A DNA stretch of 64,000 bases from Octopus bimaculoides (Eukaryota): positions 52,428,865 to 52,492,864 of the forward strand of contig NC_068996.1 in assembly GCF_001194135.2 (NCBI RefSeq), written 5' to 3'. This document shows positions 51,001 to 64,000 of the stretch, piece after piece (position 1 is the stretch's first letter; each line of letters starts with the position of its first letter). The position numbers and the translations under genes are program-made. The notes under the pieces are model-generated. The model saw only the letters and a list, made by a program, of their open reading frames with translations. It did no database searches and was not told the origin of the DNA.

Positions 51001-53144
51001 CTGGTAAAATACTTAGGCCAAGCCAGTTTAACCTTTCAGCATTCAGATTATTCTATCAAATGTACTGCTTATTCACATTGTCTTGAATTAATTATGCATT
51101 ATCTCACAACTATAAAATTACAATGATGCGATAGCATTTTTTACAATGACATCATAAAGGCTGGATCTAGCTAGTTTGAACATAAAATAGGTAGAATATT
51201 TGGGTTGGAGATGGCTTGCTTAAATGCTAAAGGAAAGTCGGGGGGAGCTGGCAGAAACGTTAGAATGCTGGGTGAAGTGTTTAGTGGTACTTCGTCTATA
51301 ATTTTATGTTCTGAGTTCAAATTCCGCCAAGGTCAACTTTGCCTTTCATCCTTTCAGGGTTGATAAATTAAGTACTAGTTGTGTACTGGGGTTGATCTAA
51401 TCAACTGGCCCCCACACCAAAAATTTTGGGCCTTGTTCCCAGAGTAGAAAAGAATATTCTTCCTCTTATCGCTACTGTTTGGTAAACCTGACTCTGCACT
51501 AAAATAAAATTTCCCCAAAGCAATTCCTTGGACTCTCTGCCTGCCTATGTATCCCTGACTACCCCGCTGAGTACTGGTCTCTAAATTTAGACAAACGAAA
51601 GCATGGAATCATAATTTCCACTACCACTGCCCTGTCCATTCTTTTACTTGTTTCAGCCATTAGACTGTGGCCATGTTGGGGCATTGCCTTGAAGAATTTT
51701 AGTTGAACTGACTACAGTACTTATTTTTTTTTTTTTAAAGCCTGGTACATATTTTATCGATCCCTTTGCCAAACCGTTAAGTTAAAGGATGTAAACACAC
51801 CAGCACTGGTTGTTAAACAGTAGTGGGGACTAACATGCACACTCCTAATGCCAACCACTCCGAGAGTGTAATGGGTGCTTTTATGTACCACTGGCACAAG
51901 TGCCATTTGCATGACACTGGTATCTGTCACGACTGTGACTTTGCTTGGCTTGATAGGTCTTCTTCTCAAGCACAATATGTCAAAGGTCTCGGTCATTGCC
52001 TCTGTGAGGCCCAACGCTTGAAAGGAACTCAGCCACTTTGCCTCTGTTTGGCTGTAAACTCTATTTGTCTTTTTTTCTTTTTCTCTGTCTCCTGACAAAG
52101 GATTGAACCCAAAACGTTGGATATTCCACTCCTCACGGCAAGTTCGCTGTACTCCTTTTGCTTTTTTCCATATTTTTTCAAGTCTTGCCAACACAGAGTT
52201 ACTAGATTCATCATCATCATTATCATTGCCTGATTATTATATATATATATATATTTATATATATGAGCTTCTTTCAGTTTCCATCTACTGAATCCACTCA
52301 AGGTTTTGGTCAGCCTAAGGCTATAGAAGAAGACACTTGCCCAAGGTGCCATGCAGTGGGACTAGACCCTGAACTACGTGGTTGGGAAGCAGATTTCTTG
52401 TGTAGCTACACCTGCTCTACATTAACTATTAATATTTCATCTTTAAACCTAGCATTCAGATTACTCTGTCAAATGTGATGATTGTTTATTTATATTGTAT
52501 TGAATTAATCATGCATTAACTCGTAGCTTCAAGATTCTGATGATGCCATTATTTTTAGAATGGCATTGTAGGGTAAGTGTGGGAGGCCAGATCTGGCTGA
52601 TTTGAGCATAAAGCAAGTAGAATATTTGGGCTTGGATATGACCATTGTGAATGCTAAAGGGTTAAATAGTGTTGTATTTTGAAGAGGAATGTAAATAGTG
52701 AATCCAAGGAGTTAATTTTAACCTTAGTTTTTCTGGCTTTGAAATTCTAATTGTTAAAAAAAACAAATGCCTGAGCTTGAGGTTTGTTTCAACTAGAATT
52801 TAAAATATCTATAATCAATACAAATTTTAATTTCATTTTGTACCTCCTTATTCTCATGTTTTTTTATAAAAATATCATTTTGAAAATTTCTGAAGTTTCA
52901 ATTTGCAAAATCATTTAATGTCCGTTGTCCATGCTGGCATAGGTTGGATGGTTCGACCAGTGCTGACAAGCTGGAGAGATGCACCAGATTCCAGTGTGAC
53001 TTGGCGTGGTTTTTATGGCTGGATGCCCTTCCTAATGTCAACCACTCTGAGAAGGCTGCCGTTGATTCATTTGACTAAATTTCTTCAAGGTGGTTCCCCT
53101 ATATGGCTGCAGTCTAATTGAAACAAGCGAAAGAAATATATATA

Positions 53145-53660
53145 TCATCATCATTTAGTATCCGTTGTCCATGCTGGCATGGGTTGAACGGTTTGACCAG
53201 GGCTGTGAAGCTGAGGGACTGTATCAAGTTCTAGTCTGTTTTGGCATGGTTTCTACAGTTGGATGCCCTTTCCTAATGCCAACCACTCTGAGAGTGCTTT
53301 TACATGCCACTGGCACGGGTGTCAGTTTGCATGACACCAATATCTGCCATGACTACTATTTCACTTGGCTTGGTGGGTGTCCTTTTCATACATAGCATAT
53401 TGCCAAAGCTCTTGGTCATTTGTTAGTGCCTCCATGAAGCCCAACGTTTGAAGATCATGCTTCACCACCTTGACCCATGTCTTCCTGGGTCTCCCTCTTC
53501 CATGGCTTCCTTCCACTGGTACAGATTGGCACTTATTCACACAACTGTCTGCATCCACGACCGTACCAACGCAGTCGCCTCTCTTGTACACCACATCTGA
53601 TGCCCCTTTATGTCGTCCAGCTTTTCTCTCATGAAACTTACTCTCTATCGTATATGCACA
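53145..53660 (-). mobile_element. RTE RT 3' fragment fused to family D tail
   Basis: Minus ORF 53361-53675 (GRGRPRKTWVKVVKHDLQTLG..LWQYAM) runs directly into family D sequence. Confidence 0.8.
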
Positions 53661-54004
53661 CACACACACACACACATATGAGAGAGAGAATAACCATTGT
53701 GTGATGGTTTTAAATTTTGAGTATTTGCTGGAGTTATTGAAGTAATCAAGATTAAGTCTTTATGAAAAAATTGATAAATTCTGTCTGAGTACAATATTAT
53801 CTGAAATAAACTGTTTTTTAGTCAAACCCTCCCCCCCCCCATATTGGATGCAATAACCCTAACATGATTTAACACCTTCATTTTCAGTTGTTTTCAGTTT
53901 TTAATATAATCTTTTGTTTTGTGGATTTTTAATGTAATTACAAACTGTTTTATCCTGTTTAAGACCATTGATTTCTATCTATTTTTTCTCCATTTTTTTT
54001 GTAG

Positions 54005-54255
54005 CTGGTGATGCGAATAATGTAGTTGTGAATGGATGTCACGATGACAAAGAAGCAACGCAGAACTCTGAGGAATGTAAAACAGCTAAAGATACTGAAG
54101 AGAAAATGTCCAGTGAAAAGAATCTGTCCGAAAAAGATTCTGTTCCTGCAACGAATGAAAATGAAAAGAACAATGAACAAGAAATTGTCTTGATTCAGGA
54201 TACAGGTTTTACTGTGAAAATTGTATGTCCAGGAACAGAACCATTTGATCTCACT
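54005..54255 (+). CDS. CLUH: CLUH coding exon 2 (low-complexity leader then EIVLIQDTGFTVKIVCPGTEPFDLT)
   Basis: tttttttgtag|CT...ACT|gtaagt; 251 nt, phase 1 to 0. Matches recalled CLUH [25 protein letters not shown]. Confidence 0.92.
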
Positions 54256-55261
54256 GTAAGTGATGCCAGTACTTTTTCAAAAATATTGTGTGTAGAAACA
54301 GACTTATTTATCAACACCATCATCATCATCATCATCGTTTAACGTCCGCTTTCCATGCTAGCATGGGTTGGACGATTTGACTGAGGACTGGTGAAACCTG
54401 ATGGCTACACCAGGCTCCAATCTAATTTGGCAGGGTTTCTACAACTGGATACCCTTCCTAACGCCAACCACTCAGAGAGTGTAGTGGGTGCTTTTACGTG
54501 CCACCGGCACGAGGGCCAGTCAAATGGTACTGGCAACAGCCATGCTCAAAATGGTGCATTTTATGTGCCACCCGCACAAGGGCCAGTCCATCGGCACTGG
54601 CAACGATCTTGCTTGAATGTCTTTTCACGTGCCCAAGTGCCAGGAAGGCGACGNNNNNNNNNNNNNNNNNNNNNNNNNNNNNNNNNNNNNNNNNNNNNNN
54701 NNNNNNNNNNNNNNNNNNNNNNNNNNNNNNNNNNNNNNNNNNNNNNNNNNNNNNNNNNNNNNNNNNNNNNNNNNNNNNNNNNNNNNNNNNNNNNNNNNNN
54801 NNNNNNNNTTTTTTTTTTTTTTTTCTTTTTTAATTCAAAATCATAGTTAATAATGGCGAATTTGAAGTTGTCTCCCTTGTTTGGTGAATCGTCTTTTTTT
54901 AGCTCCTGGCTGACGAAAGCCTTTTGAATAGATTTAGCTGAAACTGTAAGTTTATCGTGTCTCTTTGTGTTTGTTCCCCACCATTGTTTGACAACTGGTG
55001 TTGGTCTGTTTATGTTCCTGTAACTTAGCAGTTCAAATGCGAGGTCAATAGAATAAGTACCGAGCTTAAAAAATAGGTTCTGAGGCTGATTTGTTCAATT
55101 AAACCCTTCACGGTAGTGCTCCAACATGGCCACAATGCAATGGCTGAAGCAAATAAAAGATAGCCCTAGTGGTGTTTAGTTTTGAAAATATGTGAAATGT
55201 TTCATTATTCCACTGTGAAGCTGAAACTATAAAATATAATTTTTTCTAAAATTTTTATCAG

Positions 55262-55433
55262 GTAAGTTGTATGGAACTTGTTCAAGAGATCCACCAAGTT
55301 TTGATGGATCGGGAAGATACTTGCCATAAGACCTGTTTCTCTCTACAATGTGATGGAGTTACATTGGATAATTTTGCAGAACTGAAAACCATTGAAAATT
55401 TGAAGGACAATTCTGTTATTAAAGTTGTTGAAG
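55262..55433 (+). CDS. CLUH: CLUH coding exon 3, CLU_N domain ([57 protein letters not shown])
   Basis: tttttatcag|GTA...G|gtatgt; 172 nt, phase 0 to 1. Near-identical to the recalled [22 protein letters not shown] motif. Confidence 0.95.
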
Positions 55434-57554
55434 GTATGTAAATATAATTTTACAAACTTTTTTTGTAAATTTGATAATGAATTCACTCCTAGAAGAATAG
55501 CTGTATAATGTGATCATTACAGGACCTCTCAAACTGGTGTGATTGATACAGTTGATATTCAGCTTTAAAGCAAGCAGTAGGAACAGAATAGAGAGAATGA
55601 ATGGTGGTTTGGAAGTTCTTTTCAAGCAATGTGGTTCTGGGTTCAATCCTAGTGTGCAATAATATTGCACAACGGTCTTGGCTGATCAATGACTTGTAAG
55701 CAAAATTTGATAACCTAAAAAGCTGCAGAAGTCTCTTCTGAGTGCATGTGTGTGTATGTATATATATGTGCATGTATGTATCATACATGCATGTGTATAT
55801 GTCTCTATTAATAATTCACTGTATCAGTCAAAAATATTTTTGTATATTGATATGATTGACAAAAATCTATTGAAGGTTTTATTGATTATGCTGATGAACA
55901 TATTGCTACCGTTTTGATGTCTGCTTTCCCTTACTGGCATGGGTTAGATGATTCAACTTCAACAGTGGTTTTTCCATTTGTTGTGGTCCTTTGCCATTTC
56001 TTTTGTGAGGTTCAACATCTTGACATCTGTCCTTTTTCTACTCCCCCTCCTCCTCCTCCTTCTTCTCCTTCTTCTCCTCCTTCTACTTCTACTTCCATTA
56101 TTTGACATTTCTTTTCACACATGTTACCTTTCTTTATGTACAAACCATTGTAGTCTTCTCTCTTGTACACTATTGTAAATATCTCTGCTGATCTGTTTTC
56201 CTCTCTGCATGTGAAGTGAAGTCTGTTTATATATACTGTTATCTATATGTTGTGTATATAAACTGTTGTATATGTTGTTTATATCCAGTGCAGCATGCTA
56301 CCCTCATTTCTTTCTAGCTTTCATAAATTTCCAAATTCAGTGTTAGTGTTTTGCCATAATGCATTATTGCACTTCAAACCCAAGTGTCGTACAATCTGCC
56401 CTTCATTCACTGGGAAAAGAAGCTCATTGCCATCAATAACTTTCTAAGCTTCCCACCCTTTCCTTAGTATGGTTACTATGTTTTTGCAGCACCTACCTTC
56501 ACTGCTAATAGTTACCAGATAGTTGAGTCACTTCATTTTTGGGGTGCTCTTGCTATTAGCTTCTTTTGTGAATCATTTACATTTGCAATCCTTATTCTCT
56601 GTCAGTTCATCTGACAACCTGTTGCTCATCGCCATCATTTAATGTTATTCTTGCATTGAGTATACAATATAGAGTTCTTAGCTCCTTTTTGCATATCAAA
56701 CTTGTCCATTTCCTTGTCAATAGAAGTGTTTGATTTTTTTTTTTTTAATGCTGAGGCTTCGGTCTTTCTATATTGATTTTTTTGGTCTCTTGAATTCTAG
56801 ACCCAACATTCTTGTTAGGAACCTTGCTCTAACACTTTCATTGATTTGTCTTAAAGATAGGTCATTGTGAAACTGGAATTTCTGACGACAGCTAATCTTA
56901 AACTTTTTTGTTATAGTTTGGGGAACCATAATAAAACATAAAAACAAGAATGAGACCTTATGAGTATCTACTCGCATATTTTAATTCCTCAAAGAGCTTG
57001 ATGCTAACCTAAGTTTGTTCATTAGCCTCAGTAAGAAGAGGGTATTGTTAGCTACATGTACTAGCTTGAAACTACATCTCATATAATCTAGTCCCATTTT
57101 TGATTATTGTTGTAACTTTCTCTGCTACTTTCATGACTGGTGTTAGTTTAACCCCTCTGATACCAACCTGCCTTAAACTTCCATCTGGTTCTTTTACACA
57201 AACTTCTGGTTTAAAAGTGATCCACATTTCAAACATTTTAATAACAACAAAGTTGTTAAATTCTTAATTATTTTCAAAATTAATTGAAACAAAAGCAGTG
57301 TATTTCAGCATAAATATGGTAACAGAAGGGTGAAAACCTCTTTTTGGGACATTTTTTTAAGCATCTCTTTTCTTGTTGGCTGTTTTATGCTAGACATCGG
57401 ATATAACACCTCCTTTCATTATTTGATTTCTTTTCATTTATTTGTCTATTATGAAAACCTGACAGCATTTTTGGAATCTGTTTCTCTGATGTTTCAATTT
57501 AGAAATGTTGTTTATGGAATTCTCTTTTATTTATGAATTTCTGTTTCCTTGTAG

Positions 57555-57695
57555 AGCCTTACACTGTCCGGGAAGCCCGAATTCATGTACGACATGTAAG
57601 GGATTTATTGAAATCGGTTGACCAAAATGATGCCTATATTGGAATTGATTGTAATTCTTTGACTTGTCTCAATGCTGTATTTTCAGATACACATG
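57555..57695 (+). CDS. CLUH: CLUH coding exon 4 ([47 protein letters not shown])
   Basis: ttccttgtag|AG...G|gtaagt; 141 nt, phase 1-1. [21 protein letters not shown] is the CLUH signature. Confidence 0.96.
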
Positions 57696-57894
57696 GTAAG
57701 TTGATATTAAACAAAAACAAATTCTATAAAATGCACGACTTTTATCAATATTATCATTAGTGTTAGAATAAACGTCAGTATTACTGGAAGTAAATGGCCT
57801 CTGATATTACTCTTCTATAAGGAGGAGAAGTAAGTTAGTTATTAATATAATGTTCCAGTTTTTTCTCATTCTTTTTTCTTTCCTTATAATTATT

Positions 57895-58900
57895 AGGTTG
57901 TGAGCTGGCAGAATTGTTAGTACGCTGGGTTTCTGCCAAAATTTAGGGAGAAAAAAAAAGGCTGTGAGCTAGCAGAATTGTTAGCACGCTGGGTAAAACA
58001 TTTAGCGGCATTTCATCCGTCGTTACATTCTTAGTTCAAATTCTGCTGAGGTCGACTTTATCTTTCATCCCTTTGGGTTCAATAAAATAAGTACCAGTTG
58101 AATACTGGGGTCGACATAATCGACTTAACCCTCCCCGAAATTGCTGGCCTTGTACCAAAATTTGAAATCATTATCATCATCATCATTATTATTATTGAGG
58201 GAGAGAGCACTCGGTAAAATATACAAAGCCCAGTATGATCATCATGACTACCTGTCTGATAAGGGTACACCAGGCACATGCATCACAACCATATGAGCAC
58301 AAGGTGATCTCATATCAAGATAAACAATTCTTAAGGTCAACTTTGCTTTTTATTCTTTTGGGGTTGGTAAAAGAAGGCACCACTGGGGTCAGTGTAATTG
58401 ACTATACTCCTCCCTGCCAAATTTCAGACCTTGCCTTGTGCCTATAGTAGAAAAGATTGTTGTTGTTGTCGGTGGGGAGCTGGCAGAATAATCAGCACAC
58501 TGGATGAAATGCTTAGCAGGATTTTTGCTTGTTGCTCCGTCCTGAGTTCGAATTCTGCTGAGGTTGACTTTGCCCTTCATCCTCTTGGAATTGATAAAAT
58601 AAATACCAGTTGAACATTTGGGTCGATGTAATTGATGTATCCCCTCCCCCAAAATTGCTGCCCTTGTGGCAAAATTTGAAACCATTATTATTATTATTGT
58701 TGTAATGGTAGTGTGTTCACAGTCACCAGACAAAATGCTTAGTCGCATTTCTTCCAGCTTTACATTCCAAATTCAAATTCTACCTTTCGGGGTCAATAAA
58801 ATTAAGTACCAGTCAAATAATGGGGTTGATGTAATTAACTATCCCCGCCTCCAGATTTTGGGCCTTGTGCCTATAGTAGACAGGATTATTATTATTATAG
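57895..58900 (+). mobile_element. Head-to-tail array of 4-5 family C SINE copies in CLUH intron 4
   Basis: Repeated gagctggcagaa..ttagc heads and ccaaaatttgaaa..attattatt tails. Confidence 0.75.
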
Positions 58901-59120
58901 ACATTAACTTCACATTCACAAATATCACTACTTTCAGTGTCATTGTCTATTACTTGTCTCGACTCCCATTCTAGGATTGATGTCTGTAATCCTCTCCTTT
59001 CCGGTATTAGAGATTATATGATTGCAGAGTCTGCAGATTTGTTGCTTTTTACCAATGTAAGAAATTGTTACTTCTGTTATTATATAAATACACTAATGAC
59101 ACTTTTGAAATATTCTACAG

Positions 59121-59236
59121 ATCGTAAAAACCGTTCTAGATTGGAGTCTACAGATTGTTCCCCACCTGAATTTATTTTACCAAATTCTAAAGAACCACCT
59201 TTACTTTACTTGCATCCTTCAATTAAAGAACAAAAG
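59121..59236 (+). CDS. CLUH: CLUH coding exon 5 (DRKNRSRLESTDCSPPEFILPNSKEPPLLYLHPSIKEQK)
   Basis: tattctacag|AT...AAG|gtaaga; 116 nt, phase 1 to 0. Matches recalled DCTPPEYILPGSRERPL. Confidence 0.92.
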
Positions 59237-60999
59237 GTAAGATATGTTTTTAATGTCATATTTTACTTTCTTCTCATTTCCCCCTAGGCTTACAAAGAAT
59301 AAGTCCTGGGGTCGATTTGCTCGACTAAAGGCGGTGCTCCAGCATGGCCGCAGTCAAATGTCTGAAACAAGTAAAAGAGTAGAGAGTATATTAGTTTATT
59401 TGTTGTTGTTGATAATCAAGGACATCACATGGGAGAAGACTGGGCACAGTGTGTTTGGCTGTGGTCAATCAGTCCAATGCGTGCTTGGAAGGCTCTGCGA
59501 AAGGTCAATCACTGGTGGTCTGTTGGGGCTGAAGGCAAAGAGTTGGCTCTGGACTTGTGTAGTTGTTCACATTTTCTTTGTTCCCTGGAAATTCTGTTCT
59601 GTTCATAGGAGGTGTCAAAGAAAATGAGGAACTGAGAGTTACCGTCCTTTGAAGATCAGATCAACCTCTAATGGACAGAATCACATATTTGTAATGGAAA
59701 GGATATAAGCCTGGTGTGAAAATGGCTGAGGCACCACTGGGAGATATACAAAGGATGTTGGTAAAAACTGTACAGGGATATTACAATGATATAAAGCATG
59801 TATATCCTGAAGATGTGAATTGGTTATCTTTGGATGCATAAAACAGCAGAATAATCAATGACAAATGGATAAGGACCAGAGATCATCAAACCTGATCTAG
59901 ATGGTAGTTTCTCATTTGTGTGGCAAGGAAAGCCCTTTTTCATATTGTTTTTTAAAATTTTGCTTTTTATTTCTATGTAAATGTTTTATTAATTTTTAAA
60001 TTTGTTCTCACTCATCATTCAGTAACTTTTTGTCCCAGCCCATGCATCTTTGTAAGCCCCCTGTTAAATTTATTTTATTGTATCTCTTTAAATCACTGTG
60101 ACTAATAAACTATTATTATTATTATATTTTATTGCAATATATGGCTATAAGATAATGGTTTTTGTTGTTGTTTTTTGGTCTTTATGCTAAACTCGCAAAC
60201 CTTAACAAAAATCATTAGGCAAAACATCTTTCTAAGAATATGAGTTGTTTCAAGTAGGGCAGATTTTTGGACCCTCACTTAGTTGTCTTGATAGTCAAGT
60301 GTCTCATGGGATGATAGTTTTTTGGGGAGATTGAACCTAGTTGTATAACTTTCACTTTTGCCGCTGGGCTTCCTACTATATTCCTAATCTCTCTACTTTT
60401 GAATTAACAGATTTCAAGATCTTCCTTCAGGTTTAGTTTCAATGCACAGCACCTTGGGCAAGTATCTTGTCTTATAGCCCCAGGCTGACCAAAGTTACAT
60501 TAGTGGATTTGAAAGAAGCCTGGTGTGTTTGTGTGCACCCTTTGTCTCGACATCATGTGATGGTTGTAAACAAGCATCACCATCATACAAGCATTGTGAT
60601 TCTTTCCATTTTTTTTTTTTAAATGGAAAAACAAGTCTTGCCATAGAAAAAATACTTCTTTGCTTGGAAACAGCTGAGGGTTGGTGACAGGAGGGCATCA
60701 GCTGTAGAAAATCTGCCTTAACAAATTCCGTCTAACCCACACATTTATAGTCATCATCATTTAACTCTTCTATGCAATTCTGGAAAATTATGGATGTTAA
60801 ATGATGATGATGATTATAAGGCATTTTTTATGTCAAGTACAATGATATCTGCTTTGTAGTGTTCAATTGTTATGTCTGTCAATGTCAAAACTTCATAGAA
60901 ATTTCGGTTTATCAGATTCATTTAAAGCTATCTGTAGTTTTATATTCATATTTTTTACAAACTGACCAGTGTAAATTGAAACAAACATTACCATGGTGT

Positions 61000-61630
61000 C
61001 TCTTGTGTTCTTCCTGAGCTAACATTTTACAGCCTGCTACTATACTCAGTATTTCCTTGTTCCTTAATTACATCGGTGGTATTTGTTTGTTTAAGCAGTG
61101 GAATAAATACCATTGCTATCTGACCTTGTGTTTAGGCTTTGATCTTGATCGGCCACTAATAAGTTCTCAGTTTCTCTCTTTAAATCTCCAATCTGGAACT
61201 ACTCCCATGATAAGTCATGGTTTTTCACATTCTTGATGTCTCTGTGGAACTGTTCTTGGAACTGAATTTCTTCTAGTTCTTCCTTCACAAATTATCCTGC
61301 TTTGGTATATTTTCTTCTCTTTACGTTCTACCCATGTTAGTCCTACTTCTATTGCAACATTTTTAATTAGTTCTTCTTCACTCTTTTCAAGGTAGTGGTT
61401 TGCTGGCCTTTGTTCTTCATTCACGCGATCAGAAATGCTAATAAATCCTCTCCCCCACCCCAACCAATCTTCTGTTTCATGTACACATAATTGACATTTA
61501 CTTTTTTGATCAAATGTTCTGTGCATAGTTAGGGTTTCTATTGCATCTAATGCCTCTATTCTTTGTCCATTTCACTATTCTGGGATTATAATACAACAAT
61601 GGCAGTTGTCCATGTGTTGATCAGGTTTAT
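61000..61630 (-). mobile_element. R4/Dong-like (RLE) non-LTR retrotransposon remnant
   Basis: Minus frames give NLINTWTTAIV, LTMHRTFDQKS and GRGFISISD, resembling AINTWAVPV..LLTMHRAFHPKSD..GGRGLISIED. Confidence 0.65.
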
Positions 61631-61984
61631 CAGATCCTTTGAATTAAATTTAGACTTTATCCCTTTAGCATTCATATTACTCTATCTAATGTAATGCTTA
61701 TTTATTCACATTATTTTTAATTAATCATACATTATCTCATAGCTTTGAGATTCTGATGATGTGATTGTTTATTTTCAAAATGACATTGTAGAATAGGTGT
61801 GAGAGGCAGGATCTGGTTAATTTGAACATAAAACAGGTAGAATATGTGAATTCAATATGGCTGAGTTAAATGATAAAGGGTTAATACATACTTTAATTTT
61901 TAGAAAAAAAATATATTTTCACCTTTTTCTTTTTTTCTCCTTATGCATTTCGATTTATTGTTGTTATCATTCTTAATATTTCAG

Positions 61985-62054
61985 GGCCCACAGTGCTTAA
62001 AAGTGATGACATACAGTGGCTGGAATCCACCTCCTGGTAACCGAAGAATGCATG
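61985..62054 (+). CDS. CLUH: CLUH coding exon 6 ([23 protein letters not shown])
   Basis: aatatttcag|GGC...G|gtaaac; 70 nt, phase 0 to 1. [19 protein letters not shown] motif. Confidence 0.95.
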
Positions 62055-62233
62055 GTAAACTAGACAATACTGTATTAGTTATTTTCACAAGTACACAAAC
62101 ACACACACACGCTCTTGTACAAGTTAAATATAAAATAAAAATATAGCTAACGGAATGTATCTTATCCCAATTAATTTATAATTGACCTGTTTAGGATTCT
62201 TTCTTTATTATATGATTTATTTTCCCATGTAAT

Positions 62234-62622
62234 GTGGAGGCGCAATCGCCCAGTGGTTAGGGCAGTGGACTCGCGGTCATAGGATCGCGGTTTCGATTCC
62301 CAGACCGGGCGTTGTGAGTGTTTATGGAGCGAAAAACACCTAAAAGCTCCATGAGGCTCCGGCAGGGGATGGTGGCGAACCCTGCTGTACTCTTTCACCA
62401 CAACTATCTCTCACTCTTTCTTCCTGTTTCTGTTGTGCCTGTAATTCAAAGGGCCAGCATTGTCACACTCTGTGTCACGCTGAATATCCCCAAGAACTAT
62501 GTTAAGGGTACATGTGTCTGTGGAGTGCTCAGCCACTTGCACGTTAATTTCACGAGCAGGCTGTTCCATTGATCGAATCAACTGGAACCCTCGATGTCAT
62601 AAGTGACGGAGTGCCAACAAAA
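62234..62622 (+). mobile_element. SINE family B copy in a CLUH intron
   Basis: Colinear with 29660-30045. Confidence 0.85.
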
Positions 62623-63423
62623 CAATTTTCCCATGTTAGCATGGGGAAGAGGCATTACTGTAGGATGTTCTCCATAATGCAAGCCATTCCAACTGATGTA
62701 AGAGTGGAGCCTATTTTACTTCAGTCCTATCAAGCAGGGTCAGTTTAACCCTGTAGCATTCTGATTACTCTGTCAAATGTAATGCTTATTTATTCACATT
62801 GTTTCCAATTAATCATTCATTATCTCACAACTTTAAAATTTGGATGATTTAGTAATATTTTTTTTGAATGACTTCATAGAATAGGTATAAGAGGCTGGAT
62901 CTGGCTAGTTTAAACATAAAATAGGTAGAATATTTGGGCTGGAAATGGCCAGTTTAAATGCTAAAGAGTTATTGGCTATAGAAAAATACTTTTTTTTGCT
63001 TGAGAGTATAATATATAATTTTTTTTAAAATACAATTTTAATACAATGTAATTTAATTTAAAATATTAATCTACAGGGTGGTAACAGGAAAATATTTTGT
63101 CTTTTATCTTAAAGCTAGCCTTCATTATTTCTGCTCATGTTTAAGAGTATATGTACGGTTGTAATTATGGATCACACTTCTCTTAAATATAATGAGTTGG
63201 CCCATTCTTCTGTCTTTTTAATTAGTGTTTACCTAATCAATTGATTCCTGCAGAAAAGTATTATTTAATTTATAGATTTAAAAGCTCGTTAGATTCTAGC
63301 AACTCATTAAAATTCTTTTGAATGAATTAAAAAATCTGTTAAACTCTGAAACAGTTAATGTTTCTGTTTTAGTATAATTGTGTCATGAGATAATTAAAGG
63401 TGATTATTCTCTTAATTTTCCAG

Positions 63424-63508
63424 GTGATCTCCTCTACTTATATATAGTCACACTGGAAGATAAAAGGTTTCATGTCACAGCTTCTACACGAGGTTTCTAT
63501 TTAAACCA
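63424..63508 (+). CDS. CLUH: CLUH coding exon 7 ([29 protein letters not shown]); gene continues beyond the window
   Basis: aattttccag|GT...CA|gtgagt; 85 nt, phase 1 to 2. [12 protein letters not shown] motif. Confidence 0.95.
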
Positions 63509-64000
63509 GTGAGTGGTCTTCTGTTTCTCCCTGACAAATTTTAGCTGTTTTTCTTCCATCACCAATACATCTCTCCAGACAACTTTCAGGAATTGTGGTT
63601 TATCAAAGTTTATAAATTAGTTTATTTTCTGAAGTGCTTATACATCTAAGTTTTGGATTTTAAATACTGTTTCTTCTCTGGGAAAGACAGACTGTTATAG
63701 TTCCTGTGTGATGCACGCAACAATTACTTAGCCCAAGTGCAGCCCTGTGTTGATATCTTTGACTACATTATCTAATGAGTCTTGCCTCTTTTATAAACAG
63801 TGGTGGTGTTAACTTGAGAGAGAGATTTTGCTGCTCTTTTTAGCTGAGCTAGTAACCATGTTGAGGCTCCTTCAATGGTTTGGAACCCCTTAACTTGTCC
63901 ACATAGCAACCAACACTCAAAAGATCTTATTGTTTGACTGACTAGAAAATATAACTCACAAAGTTGATGAAATATTAGTATACTGCTTGAAGGGTCAACA

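Noticed and set aside
56100-57100. Possible decayed non-LTR retrotransposon in CLUH intron 3
   Set aside because: Coding-like composition but no unambiguous motif could be read.

Overview
AT-rich, repeat-dense animal genomic DNA from a draft assembly with seven N gaps. The repeat families look like those I associate with octopus/coleoid cephalopods; that attribution is from recall, not a database search. Two intron-rich + strand genes can be rebuilt with GT-AG sites and consistent phases. (1) The last five coding exons of an AASDH/ACSF4 ortholog (NRPS-like beta-alanine-activating enzyme), 13031-29476, encoding the PQQ-type beta-propeller, with a polyA signal at 29555. (2) The first seven coding exons of CLUH/clueless (clustered mitochondria protein), 45121-63508, which continues past the window. 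The rest is mostly transposon debris: RTE, R4/Dong-like and CR1/L2-like LINE remnants, two mariners and a Tc1/maT fragment, three tRNA-derived SINE families, TTAA-flanked MITEs, foldbacks and microsatellites. I found no rRNA, true tRNA or CRISPR, and no convincing new multi-gene system. The best leads are all splicing or RNA-structure hypotheses. They are a CLUH exon whose junction regenerates a 5' splice site, a candidate CLUH poison exon, a candidate divergent spliced transcript head-to-head with CLUH, and a ~375-nt intronic hairpin in AASDH.
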